Translations under genes and position numbers: made by a program
In this document: positions 1-8,012 of the stretch, one piece after another
Layout: each line of letters opens with the position of its first letter
Numbering within the stretch: the first letter of the stretch is position 1
Assembly (NCBI GenBank): GCA_020160975.1
Contig: JAIUPJ010000001.1
Location: 30,001 to 62,000 of the forward strand
DNA length: 32,000 bases
Direction: 5' to 3'
Origin: Candidatus Saccharimonadota bacterium
Lineage (GTDB): Bacteria > Patescibacteriota > Saccharimonadia > Saccharimonadales > Saccharimonadaceae
Notes under the pieces: model-generated
The model's database searches: none
Seen by the model: the letters and a program-made list of their open reading frames with translations, nothing else
What the model was told of the DNA's origin: nothing

Positions 1-40
1 TCGTTCATCTCGACCCTACCTACGGCGACAAGTAGTACTC

Positions 41-84
41 AAAAAAGCAGAAACCCCGCTGACCGAGAGGCCAACGGGGCCTGC
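41..84 (-). terminator. Rho-independent terminator after the 98..394 minus-strand ORF
   Basis: On the minus strand there is an imperfect GC hairpin (plus-strand ccccg 54-58 pairs with cggg g 75-79; gcag 47-50 pairs with ctgc 81-84). It is followed by a T6 run (plus-strand A6 at 41-46). Confidence 0.6.
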
Positions 85-97
85 AATCGGGGCGGGG

Positions 98-394
98 TTA
101 GGTGTAGAAGCGACCGACAACAGCCCAGTTGCCACGACCGTAGCGAAAAGCAACTACCTCTTGAAGGCTGATGTCATCACGTGAGCCACATGCCCGTTCG
201 AGCGACGTTAGCTCATCTGTCACCTTGTTCACCAGCCGACGGCAGTCGGTTTTTAGTCCAACTGCTACTCCGATGTCGAGATGGGTTGCTCCGTACTTTT
301 CCTGGTCGCGACGAGCCTTACTCCACATTGCACGTGCGATACCACAGGCGGTTTTGTCTGAGGGGTTGATCAAGGTTACTCTTGAAATATCCAT
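98..394 (-). CDS. Hypothetical 98-aa protein, family not recognised
   Basis: Intact ORF flanked by a plausible promoter upstream and a terminator downstream. I recognise no motif. Confidence 0.45.
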   Translation of the reverse strand: MDISRVTLINPSDKTACGIARAMWSKARRDQEKYGATHLDIGVAVGLKTDCRRLVNKVTDELTSLERACGSRDDISLQEVVAFRYGRGNWAVVGRFYT

Positions 395-432
395 CTGGAT
401 AACCTATCTCTTTCGAGTATCAGGACATCCTT

Positions 433-461
433 ACGATACTTAGATTACGATAATATGTCAA
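433..461 (-). promoter_or_regulatory. Candidate sigma70-type promoter for the 98..394 gene
   Basis: Minus strand reads TTGACA (plus 461..456), a 17-nt spacer, then TATCGT (plus 438..433). It lies back-to-back with the plus-strand rpsJ promoter. Confidence 0.35.
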
Positions 462-462
462 C

Positions 463-490
463 TTGTCAGTTCTGCTTTTTCTGCTATAAT
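463..490 (+). promoter_or_regulatory. Candidate rpsJ promoter with extended -10
   Basis: TTGTCA (463-468), 16-nt spacer, TGcTATAAT (482-490). The same TGCTATAAT motif recurs at 25665-25673 and 26879-26887. Confidence 0.55.
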
Positions 491-593
491 GACCTATACA
501 ATACCAATGGCATCAGAGAACTCAGCGCTGGCGATGACTCAATTCCGACCATCGCAGAGGTTACTGGAGCAATAATCAAGAAAGGAGATTCAG

Positions 594-640
594 GGAAAGC
601 GCAGCCGGATAAGCGAATTCGCTTCTCTGTCCGCGCAATA
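594..640 (+). promoter_or_regulatory. Diverged third copy of the nested-hairpin RNA element, in the rpsJ 5' leader
   Basis: It shares the GCAGCC 5' flank and the CGC 3' flank with the other two copies. Inner hairpin is AAGCG/CGCTT (611-615/620-624). Outer 4-bp stem is CGGA/TCCG (606-609/630-633), in the same nested arrangement as 11275-11304 and 16941-16970. Confidence 0.4.
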
Positions 641-730
641 GGACACGGGGCTCCCAAAAAAATTGCAAGATTTTGAGGGGAGAAGTACCGCAGTTTTTCC
701 TATTCAGTGAGTTCCTTGAACGAACGAGTT

Positions 731-1063
731 ATGGCAGACACCAAACCAAATCCAGCAGAAGGCTTGCGGATTCGCATTCGCCTCAAAGCATACGATCATA
801 AAGTGATCGACCAATCAGCAAAACAAATCATCGACACCGCGCTTCGCACCGGTGCAAGTGTGGCCGGCCCAGTGCCATTACCAACGCGCAAAAGTACCTA
901 CACCGTCGTCAAGAGCCCGCACGTCTACAAAATGGGCGGTGAAGCATTCGAGATGCGGGTACATAAACGCCTAATCGATATCACCAATGCGACGCCAAAG
1001 ACCATCGATAATCTGCAGAACCTCAGCTTACCAGCTGGTGTCGATGCAGAAATTCGTATGTAA
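731..1063 (+). CDS. rpsJ: 30S ribosomal protein S10
   Basis: Contains [18 protein letters not shown], the S10 N-terminal signature. The tracked ORF starts at GTG 707, but comparison with S10 N-termini favours ATG 731 (110 aa). Confidence 0.95.
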   Translation: MADTKPNPAEGLRIRIRLKAYDHKVIDQSAKQIIDTALRTGASVAGPVPLPTRKSTYTVVKSPHVYKMGGEAFEMRVHKRLIDITNATPKTIDNLQNLSLPAGVDAEIRM

Positions 1064-1082
1064 TTAGCCTGCGGAACTCAAA

Positions 1083-1116
1083 ATACCCGAGATGACAATC
1101 ATATCGGGTATTTTTG
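1083..1116. terminator. Bidirectional rho-independent terminator between rpsJ and the convergent 1167..1484 gene
   Basis: Stem ATACCCGA (1083-1090) pairs with TCGGGTAT (1104-1111). A T5 run follows on the plus strand and an A4 run precedes it, giving a U-tract on the minus strand. Confidence 0.7.
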
Positions 1117-1166
1117 TGTAAAGCTTAAACACTCTTATGGGACTGCCGCGGTTACCGTGCCACTAC

Positions 1167-1484
1167 CTACTGTGCTGTTGGAGACATGATTGAAATACTA
1201 TCTTGGTTCAATGAGTCGACTTCGTCGTAGATGCGTTGGACACGATCGTTAATATCGACTACCCATAGCCCGAGAGCGAGCACGATGATAGCCAAAGCCG
1301 CCCAATAAATCGTTTGTCGAGTGACACGAAGTGTCAAGAATGGGTCAGCGGGTCGCGCAATCCGAAATGACTGCACTGGAGCATCTCTCTTTCGCACCGT
1401 ATGAGTTACTGATGTCTTTGCTGTTGATTTAGCTGGTGCGCGCTTTACCGTCGCTTTTTTTACCGATTTCTTTGCAGTTGCCAT
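1167..1484 (-). CDS. Small bitopic membrane protein (lysine-rich N-terminus, one TM helix), function unknown
   Basis: AAGGAG lies 5 nt upstream of ATG 1484; the tracked GTG 1490 overlaps that SD. The hydrophobic segment is IYWAALAIIVLALGLWVV. Confidence 0.6.
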   Translation of the reverse strand: MATAKKSVKKATVKRAPAKSTAKTSVTHTVRKRDAPVQSFRIARPADPFLTLRVTRQTIYWAALAIIVLALGLWVVDINDRVQRIYDEVDSLNQDSISIMSPTAQ

Positions 1485-1568
1485 GACCACTCCTTAGATA
1501 ATTATCATTAGCTTCATTATCCTTAATGCCTGTCCGAATTGCAACATGCTTATGATATACTGGTGCCA

Positions 1569-1877
1569 ATGGTCAGAACACGAAACAAAAAGACACCTAC
1601 GAAAAAACGATACAAACTACGCGATCGGCAAGAGACCGACGGGCAGTATCTTCTCAAGCTTGTGCTGGTTATTCTCATGGGCACAGCATGGTTGAAGTTT
1701 GCGACGCCAGTAATGCTCGGCCCTGTACCTGTCGCCGGACTTCCGATCGGCATGCTGTTTGCCTTTCTTGTGATTCGTCGCTTTGAAAAACGCCAGGCCG
1801 ACCGCAAGATTTGGTACGCAATGCTCATCGTCGTGACGCTGATTTGTTACTTCGTGCCAGCCGGCATCATGATATAG
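1569..1877 (+). CDS. Small polytopic membrane protein, function unknown
   Basis: Basic N-terminus followed by about 3 hydrophobic segments. It ends 3 nt before the deacetylase gene. The start is uncertain: TTG 1539, GTG 1563 or ATG 1569. ATG 1569 sits 7 nt after a TATACT box (1556-1561), so the mRNA may be leaderless. Confidence 0.5.
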   Translation: MVRTRNKKTPTKKRYKLRDRQETDGQYLLKLVLVILMGTAWLKFATPVMLGPVPVAGLPIGMLFAFLVIRRFEKRQADRKIWYAMLIVVTLICYFVPAGIMI

Positions 1878-1880
1878 ACG

Positions 1881-3332
1881 ATGGTACGCAGGAAATCACA
1901 GCGCATCTCTCTTTTCTTCACCACCATCTCTCTTGCCGTGGGGTTGATTGTCACGGCTTGCTTCCTCGTGCTCGGCAAAGAGCAGGTACCTGTTACGCAG
2001 AAATCAAATGAAAAGTACTATTGGCAAGATTCAAAATACAACGACATCCGAACGCGAGTCGCAAAACAATCGGGCTCGACATATCAATCATTTGTCGAAT
2101 ATCCGGTGACAAAAAGCCCCGAAGTCAACCAAAGAATCGCCGATACCATCGACGAATTCGACCGGACATTCCACGCCGAAATTGAAGGCCGATTGCCTGC
2201 GGGTAAAGAGCCGTTTATGCAAAATACTAGCTACCAGGTGATCAGAATGACCGATGATTTCTTGTCGATCGAAGTCGTCACAAGTCGCAATACCGAAGAT
2301 GCGCTAGTGCACTCGGGCACTGCCTACTGGACGTTCAATCTCGAAACAGGGAGCGAAGTGACGCTGGCCGATATATTTGGCGACGAGCAGAGCGATGGCC
2401 AGGCCCGTCTTTTTATATACCTCAAGCGCGAACTCGCACGACAAGCCAAACTAAAGGGTATCCCGCTCGATGCCGATAAGGTTGCAAACCTCGTCACACA
2501 GGAACATATGAAGAGTTTTCTTGCGCCCGATGCCGATACGCTGCGGTTTGACTTTGGCCAAGGCGTGGTCGCCTCTGAGTCGGACGACCCGCTGACGGTC
2601 ACTTTGTCGATTAGCAACTTGCAGTTATTCCTGCAGTCAGAGACGGCCAGACGACTTTTTACGATTATGCCGATAGGCGATGCGCCAGAATGGAAGGCCC
2701 CAGAGGTCAATCGAGGAAATGTCGACTGCGCCCGGGTCAAGTGCATTGCGCTAACGTTTGATGACGGGCCGGGGGTGTTTACGAACAAATTACTGGATAC
2801 GCTCCAGCAATACAAGGCCCATGCTAGCTTTTTCTTGATCGGCAAAAATGCCATCAGCTACAAAGATGTTGTCAAGCGCATGCAAAACGATGGCCACACC
2901 ATCGGCAATCATAGCTGGGATCACAAAAGTCTGCCACTACTGACGCCAGCGGCAATTGACGCGGAGCTCAGTCAAACAAATACCGAGATTACAAAGATAA
3001 CAGGAATAGTACCCAGCTATATGCGGCCTCCTGGCGGAGCGCTGGCGCCAAACGTCTACGCAGCACTCCAGCGCCAAAATATGACGGCGGTCATGTGGTC
3101 AGTTGACACGCGCGATTGGGCTGATCGAAATAGTGATATTGTGTACAACCGAGTTGTTTCTGGTGCCAAACCTGGCGCGATTATCATCTTGCACGACATT
3201 CACAAAACCAGTGTCGATGCTGTACCGCGTATTCTCAAGGCGCTCCAGCGCCAAGGGTATGCTTTTGTCAGTATCGACGAGCTATTCGGCCCCAACGCCG
3301 CTCCCGGAAAAGCTGTTAGTCACGCATCGTAA
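1881..3332 (+). CDS. Membrane-anchored polysaccharide/peptidoglycan deacetylase (NodB domain) with an RsiV/PdaC-like middle domain
   Basis: N-terminal TM helix. The C-terminal NodB motifs are TFDDGP, HSWDH and LHD. The middle region resembles the DUF3298/DUF4163-type domain seen in B. subtilis PdaC and RsiV. That middle-domain assignment is from memory and was not aligned. Confidence 0.85.
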   Translation: MVRRKSQRISLFFTTISLAVGLIVTACFLVLGKEQVPVTQKSNEKYYWQDSKYNDIRTRVAKQSGSTYQSFVEYPVTKSPEVNQRIADTIDEFDRTFHAEIEGRLPAGKEPFMQNTSYQVIRMTDDFLSIEVVTSRNTEDALVHSGTAYWTFNLETGSEVTLADIFGDEQSDGQARLFIYLKRELARQAKLKGIPLDADKVANLVTQEHMKSFLAPDADTLRFDFGQGVVASESDDPLTVTLSISNLQLFLQSETARRLFTIMPIGDAPEWKAPEVNRGNVDCARVKCIALTFDDGPGVFTNKLLDTLQQYKAHASFFLIGKNAISYKDVVKRMQNDGHTIGNHSWDHKSLPLLTPAAIDAELSQTNTEITKITGIVPSYMRPPGGALAPNVYAALQRQNMTAVMWSVDTRDWADRNSDIVYNRVVSGAKPGAIIILHDIHKTSVDAVPRILKALQRQGYAFVSIDELFGPNAAPGKAVSHAS

Positions 3333-3416
3333 TTGAACGTAAGTATCTTTTTATTATACTAAAGTCTATGATAATTGTCAATAGTCGACGTTCTTTGATT
3401 TTCTCTAGTTAATCTC

Positions 3417-3446
3417 TTGACAAACAGTAGTGATGCGTGATACGAT
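3417..3446 (+). promoter_or_regulatory. Candidate promoter for the rplC-led operon
   Basis: TTGACA (3417-3422), 18-nt spacer, TACGAT (3441-3446) preceded by TG. Confidence 0.5.
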
Positions 3447-3477
3447 TGTTTAGTAACTTATTACGTAATAACAACTC

Positions 3478-3599
3478 GTTTCCGCGTGAATGAGCAGGTC
3501 CGATCTCTGAACAGAGGAGGGAAACCGCTTGCCACCGGAGATTTTAAATGGCTTAAGTGAGCTGAAGTACCTGAAGAGGTACCAATCAGGGCACTTAAG
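3478..3599 (+). promoter_or_regulatory. Structured 5' leader upstream of rplC
   Basis: Hand-folded helices are GTTTCC/GGAAAC (3478-3483/3520-3525), enclosing CTCT-GAAC-AGAG, and an 8-bp helix CTTAAGTG/CACTTAAG (3552-3559/3592-3599), enclosing GTACC/GGTAC (3567-3571/3578-3582). The leader ends about 20 nt before the rplC SD. Confidence 0.4.
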
Positions 3600-3619
3600 T
3601 GAATGGGAGCAAGAGGGCA

Positions 3620-4234
3620 ATGAAAGCACTTCTCGGTACCAAAATTGGTATGACCCAAGTCATCGGCGAAGACGGTGTGGCTATTCCTGTCACATTGATT
3701 CAAGCCGGCCCTGTTACCGTGACTCAGGTGAAGTCTGTCGAAATCGACGGCTACAACGCGGTACAGGTGGCATATGGCGAGGGTAAGAACCTGAGCAAGG
3801 CCGTGGCTGGACATGTGAAACCAGCCGGTGTAACCCCGAAGGAAATTCGGGAATTTCGACTCGACGAACTTGGCGAAGTCAAGGTCGGCGATTCATTTAA
3901 TGTCGAACAGTTTGAGCTGGGCGACAGCGTCGACGCCACGGGTATTAGCAAGGGTAAAGGCTTTGCTGGTACGATCAAGCGTCACAATTTCAAACGCCAC
4001 CGTAAAACGCACGGTGGTAAGGGTAATACTCGTAAGCCAGGTTCAATTGGCTCGATGTACCCGCAAAAGATTTTCAAAGGTAAGCGCATGGCTGGCCACA
4101 TGGGTGCCGAACAAGTCACTGTCAAGAACTTGGTCGTTGCCTATGTCTCAGCTGCAGACAACCTCATCGGTGTCAAAGGCGCTGTGCCAGGCCCAAAGAA
4201 AGGCTTAATCGTATTAAACGGAGGTACTAAGTAA
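3620..4234 (+). CDS. rplC: 50S ribosomal protein L3
   Basis: Starts MKALLGTKIGMTQ and contains KGKGFAGTIKRHNF. AAGAGGG SD lies upstream of ATG 3620; the tracked GTG 3599 is probably too early. Confidence 0.95.
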   Translation: MKALLGTKIGMTQVIGEDGVAIPVTLIQAGPVTVTQVKSVEIDGYNAVQVAYGEGKNLSKAVAGHVKPAGVTPKEIREFRLDELGEVKVGDSFNVEQFELGDSVDATGISKGKGFAGTIKRHNFKRHRKTHGGKGNTRKPGSIGSMYPQKIFKGKRMAGHMGAEQVTVKNLVVAYVSAADNLIGVKGAVPGPKKGLIVLNGGTK

Positions 4235-4854
4235 TGGCTACTGCAGAAACAAAGCCAGCAAAAGCTACCTTGCCTGGTAGCGTCTTCGCAGTTGACGTAC
4301 CAAACCACGAGTTGGTGAAATTGGCCTATGACGCCTTTCTCGCTAACAGCCGCAAGGCCAGCGCTACGACCAAGACTCGTGGCGAAGTCAGTGGTGGTGG
4401 CAAGAAGCCTTGGAAGCAAAAGGGAACCGGTCGTGCACGCTTCGGTAGCACGCGTAACCCTATCTGGCGTACTGGTGGTATCGTGTTCGGTCCACTCGGT
4501 AACGAGAACTACAAGCTAAAAGTCAGCAAGACCAGCAAGCGTGTCGCACTTCGTCAGGCGCTGACCCTTGCAAATAAAGCAAAGAAAATTCAGGTGTCTG
4601 ACATCAAGACCACCGGCAAGACTGCCGAAATCGCCAAATTCTTTGTCGACAACAAATTCCACGAAGACGCCAAGGTGCTCATCGTGGTAGACGAGAAAAC
4701 TCCCGAAATGCTCCGCGCGACAAACAATCTCCAGAATGCCCTCCTGGTGCGCGCAAATTACCTGAGCGTTTATTACATTCTTAACGCCGACCAAATCGTC
4801 ATGACTCCTGCAGCTGTGAATGTGGTCGAAGAGTGGCTTGGAGGTGACAAATAA
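4234..4854 (+). CDS. rplD: 50S ribosomal protein L4
   Basis: Contains GGGKKPWKQKGTGRARFGS. TAATG overlap with rplC. Confidence 0.95.
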   Translation: MATAETKPAKATLPGSVFAVDVPNHELVKLAYDAFLANSRKASATTKTRGEVSGGGKKPWKQKGTGRARFGSTRNPIWRTGGIVFGPLGNENYKLKVSKTSKRVALRQALTLANKAKKIQVSDIKTTGKTAEIAKFFVDNKFHEDAKVLIVVDEKTPEMLRATNNLQNALLVRANYLSVYYILNADQIVMTPAAVNVVEEWLGGDK

Positions 4855-5174
4855 TGAAACTTACTGTTGTAACCCCACGCGCTACTGAAAAGGCATACCG
4901 CCTTGTCACTGGCCAAAACACCTATGTGTTTGATGTGCCACTGAGCGCCAATAAGAACGAAATCGTCGCAGCTGTCGAAGAGCAATTTGAAGGCACGAAA
5001 GTCGCCAGCATCAAAACGCTCGTTCAGAGCGGAAAAAGCATCCGGTTCAACCGTGGCAAGCGCCGCTACCCTGGTACGACCAATCGCCGCGACAGCAAAA
5101 AAGCTTACGTCACTCTCTCTGAGGGCAAAATCAAGGTCTTTGAGCAAGAAGAAGTGAAGGAGGAGAAGAAATAA
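4854..5174 (+). CDS. rplW: 50S ribosomal protein L23
   Basis: L23-like sequence at the syntenic position. TAATG overlap with rplD. Confidence 0.9.
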   Translation: MKLTVVTPRATEKAYRLVTGQNTYVFDVPLSANKNEIVAAVEEQFEGTKVASIKTLVQSGKSIRFNRGKRRYPGTTNRRDSKKAYVTLSEGKIKVFEQEEVKEEKK

Positions 5175-6013
5175 TGGCTATCAAAGCTTATAACCCAACT
5201 ACTCCTGCACGTCGAGGCATGACCAGCCAAGATTTGTCTGATATCACTACCCGCAAGCCGCTCAAGTCCCTCATTAAGAGCAAGAAACAAAATGCTGGCC
5301 GCAATAACACTGGTCGTATTACTGTTCGCCATCGCGGTGGCGGTGTCCGCCGGCACTACCGTCTTCTTAACCACCGCATGGCGGCTGATATGACACTGAC
5401 GGTCGAAGAAATTGAATACGACCCAAACCGTAGTGCACGTATCGCTCGCGTCAAAGACCAGCACGGTCTCTATCACTACATTTTGGCTGATACGCAAATG
5501 ACAAAGGGTAAGAAGATTCAGACAGGTGCTGATGCACCAGTCGAAGCTAGCAACCGCATGCCGCTGGCGAATATCCCTGTCGGTAGCCAGATCTACGCCA
5601 TCGAAATCAACCCTGGAAAGGGTGCGCAAATGGTACGTAGTGCCGGCACCAAAGCTCAGCTGATGGCAAAAGAAGGCGACTACGCGATGGTCAAGATGCC
5701 ATCGGGTGAAGTCCGCAAATTCCGCCTAGAGTGTGAAGCGACGCTCGGTGTGGTCGGCAACGTCCAGCACCAAAATATCAAGATCGGTAGCGCTGGTCGC
5801 AACCGACGCAAAGGTATTCGCCCAGGTGTTCGTGGTGTGGTTATGAACGCCGCAGACCACCCTCATGGTGGTGGTGACGGTGGACGTCACGGTAGTGGTA
5901 AACCACCACGCACGCCATGGGGTCAATTAACACTTGGCTACCGTACGCGCCGACGCAAAGATACTACGAAGATGATTGTAAAGAGTCGTCATGACGCTAA
6001 GAGGAAGAGGTAA
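5174..6013 (+). CDS. rplB: 50S ribosomal protein L2
   Basis: Contains MNAADHPHGGGDG and GRNNTGRITVRHRGGG. Confidence 0.97.
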   Translation: MAIKAYNPTTPARRGMTSQDLSDITTRKPLKSLIKSKKQNAGRNNTGRITVRHRGGGVRRHYRLLNHRMAADMTLTVEEIEYDPNRSARIARVKDQHGLYHYILADTQMTKGKKIQTGADAPVEASNRMPLANIPVGSQIYAIEINPGKGAQMVRSAGTKAQLMAKEGDYAMVKMPSGEVRKFRLECEATLGVVGNVQHQNIKIGSAGRNRRKGIRPGVRGVVMNAADHPHGGGDGGRHGSGKPPRTPWGQLTLGYRTRRRKDTTKMIVKSRHDAKRKR

Positions 6014-6016
6014 TAT

Positions 6017-6283
6017 ATGAGTCGTTCACTCAAAAAAGGCCCATTCGTCGACGCAAAGCTTGCCAAAAAAGTGGCGGCTCTGAAGACGGGTGACCGCACA
6101 GTGACCAAAACTTGGGCTCGCAGCAGTACAATCACGCCAGAAATGGTAGGATTTACCTTTGCAGTTCACAATGGTCGCGTTCACGTACCCGTGCTGATTT
6201 CGGAAAACATGGTTGGCCACAAACTCGGTGAGTTTAGCCCAACTCGCAAATTCCGCAAGCACGGTGGAAAGGATAAGAAATAA
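6017..6283 (+). CDS. rpsS: 30S ribosomal protein S19
   Basis: Starts [12 protein letters not shown] and contains VHNGR. Confidence 0.95.
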   Translation: MSRSLKKGPFVDAKLAKKVAALKTGDRTVTKTWARSSTITPEMVGFTFAVHNGRVHVPVLISENMVGHKLGEFSPTRKFRKHGGKDKK

Positions 6284-6717
6284 TGGCTGAGAACACTATG
6301 TATACGGTTCGAGCCAATATCAAGGGCGTCGACCAGACGCCACGCAAAGTTTCGCTTGTTGCGAGCCTTGTCCGTGGTCGCTCTGTCGCTGACGCACTCG
6401 TGATTCTCGACCACACCCCAAAGCGTGCTGCTTTGGTGGTCAAGAAGGCAATCGCCAGTGCGGCAGCCAACGCTACCAACAACCATGGTCTCGATGGCAA
6501 GACATTGCAGATTAAGACACTGAGCGTCACTGCCGGTCCTCGGATCAAAAGGTTCAAGCCAGCCAGCCGCGGTCGTGCGCTGCCTTTCCAGAAGCGCAGC
6601 AGTCACGTATTGGTTGAAGTCGCTGGACTTGAAAAAGTTAAGAAAAAACCTGCCGAGAAAAAGGCAGTAGCAGCCGAAGCAGCCGCGAAGCCAGCTGCAA
6701 AGAAAGAGGAGAAGTAA
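6283..6717 (+). CDS. rplV: 50S ribosomal protein L22 with K/A/P-rich C-terminal tail
   Basis: L22 core at the syntenic position. The C-terminus reads KKKPAEKKAVAAEAAAKPAAKKEEK. Confidence 0.93.
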   Translation: MAENTMYTVRANIKGVDQTPRKVSLVASLVRGRSVADALVILDHTPKRAALVVKKAIASAAANATNNHGLDGKTLQIKTLSVTAGPRIKRFKPASRGRALPFQKRSSHVLVEVAGLEKVKKKPAEKKAVAAEAAAKPAAKKEEK

Positions 6718-6720
6718 ACT

Positions 6721-7362
6721 ATGGGTCAGAAAGTAAACCCACTCAGCTTCCGCCTTCAAGTTCACAAAAACTGGAACTCTCGCTGGTTTGCAGGCAAAAA
6801 AGATTTTGCTAAATGGCTCGCAGAGGATATCAAGATTCGTGACCTCGTGGAAGCAAAGTTTGCCAGCCGCCCAACCATCGCTCGTGTCGAGATTGAGCGC
6901 AGCGCAAACCTCATCACTGTCACCGTTCATACCGCCAAAGCTGGTGTGGTGATTGGTCGTGGTGGTGCAGGTATCACTGAGCTGAAGAAAGATATCGAGC
7001 GTGTTGCGAGCCTGCCAGTTCGTATCAACGTTGAAGAAGTTCGTCGTCCAGAGTTGAACGCCAAGCTGGTTGCCGAGAATATCGCTCGTCAGCTCGAACG
7101 CCGCGCCAACTTCCGCCGTGCGGTTAAAATGGCTGTACAAAACACCATGAACGCCGGCGCTAAAGGTGTCCGTATCGAGGTGGCAGGACGCTTGAACGGC
7201 GCAGAAATGAGCCGTCGCGAGAAAACTATCGAAGGCTCCGTGCCGCTTCACACGCTTCGCGCTGATATCGATTTCCACGCCGCACGTGCTCTTGGGCCAA
7301 ACGGTACTGGTATCATTGGCGTGAAAGTTTGGATCCACAAGGGTGAAAGGAGTGACGCGTAA
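6721..7362 (+). CDS. rpsC: 30S ribosomal protein S3
   Basis: Starts [12 protein letters not shown] and has a KH-domain GRGG motif. Confidence 0.96.
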   Translation: MGQKVNPLSFRLQVHKNWNSRWFAGKKDFAKWLAEDIKIRDLVEAKFASRPTIARVEIERSANLITVTVHTAKAGVVIGRGGAGITELKKDIERVASLPVRINVEEVRRPELNAKLVAENIARQLERRANFRRAVKMAVQNTMNAGAKGVRIEVAGRLNGAEMSRREKTIEGSVPLHTLRADIDFHAARALGPNGTGIIGVKVWIHKGERSDA

Positions 7363-7778
7363 TGTTGTTACCGAAAAAAGTACCACATCGTAAAGTTCGA
7401 ATCGGCAAAAATGAAGGCATCGCGACTCGCGGTCACTACGTCGCTTTTGGCGACTATGGTCTGCAGAGCCTCGAAAACGAGCGTATCACCAGCCGCCAAA
7501 TTGAATCTGCGCGTCAGGCAATGACCCGCTATATCAAGCGTGGTGGTAAAATCTGGATTCGTATCTTCCCGCACACCCCTGTCACCAAGAAAGCCCTTGG
7601 GCTCAAGATGGGTGGTGGTAAAGGTAACCCAGAGTATTTTGTCGCCAAGGTAAAAGCTGGCACGGTGCTATTCGAAATGAAGGGCGTGTCTGAAGAGACT
7701 GCTCGTGAAGCAATGCGCCTGGCTGGCCACAAGCTGCCCGTCAAAACTCGTGTGATTGCACGTGAGGAGGCAAACTAA
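7362..7778 (+). CDS. rplP: 50S ribosomal protein L16
   Basis: Starts [11 protein letters not shown] and contains [12 protein letters not shown]. Confidence 0.96.
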   Translation: MLLPKKVPHRKVRIGKNEGIATRGHYVAFGDYGLQSLENERITSRQIESARQAMTRYIKRGGKIWIRIFPHTPVTKKALGLKMGGGKGNPEYFVAKVKAGTVLFEMKGVSEETAREAMRLAGHKLPVKTRVIAREEAN

Positions 7779-8011
7779 TGGCTGACTCCAAGAAAACCAA
7801 GGTGACAAAGAAGGCTGTTGAAGTGAAAAGTCTCACCGACCTACACAAAGAACTTGCTAGTAAGAAGCAAGACTTGCTCGACAGCAAGAAATCTCATCGT
7901 TCAGGTGAGCTTGTCAACCCACGTGTGCTCGGCACACTCAAGAAAGAAATCGCTCGTCTTCTCACCGCTATCCGCGCTGAAGAACTAAAGAGCCAAAAGG
8001 AGAGTAAATAA
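7778..8011 (+). CDS. rpmC: 50S ribosomal protein L29
   Basis: Size, syntenic position and an L29-like helical sequence. TAATG overlap with rplP. Confidence 0.88.
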   Translation: MADSKKTKVTKKAVEVKSLTDLHKELASKKQDLLDSKKSHRSGELVNPRVLGTLKKEIARLLTAIRAEELKSQKESK

Positions 8012-8012
8012 T

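Noticed and set aside
455-676. 73-aa plus-strand ORF upstream of rpsJ
   Set aside because: Its ATG lies upstream of the predicted promoter -35/-10 boxes and it has no SD. Its sequence is low-plausibility and it overlaps the structured leader. I treat the region as 5' UTR.
2324-2854. 176-aa minus-strand ORF inside the deacetylase gene
   Set aside because: It is antisense to a gene with clear NodB motifs and has no features of its own.
3488-3530. Possible fourth copy of the nested-hairpin element in the rplC leader (GAGCAG-GTCC similar to GAGCAGCCAGTCC)
   Set aside because: The similarity is limited to about 10 nt. The inner hairpin sequence, the outer 4-bp stem and the GCGCG/ATGAGAAAAAC part are all absent. 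It folds into a different structure.
6181-7386. 401-aa minus-strand ORF
   Set aside because: It lies entirely antisense to rpsS, rplV, rpsC and rplP, which are unambiguous. It is a typical shadow ORF with no recognisable motifs.
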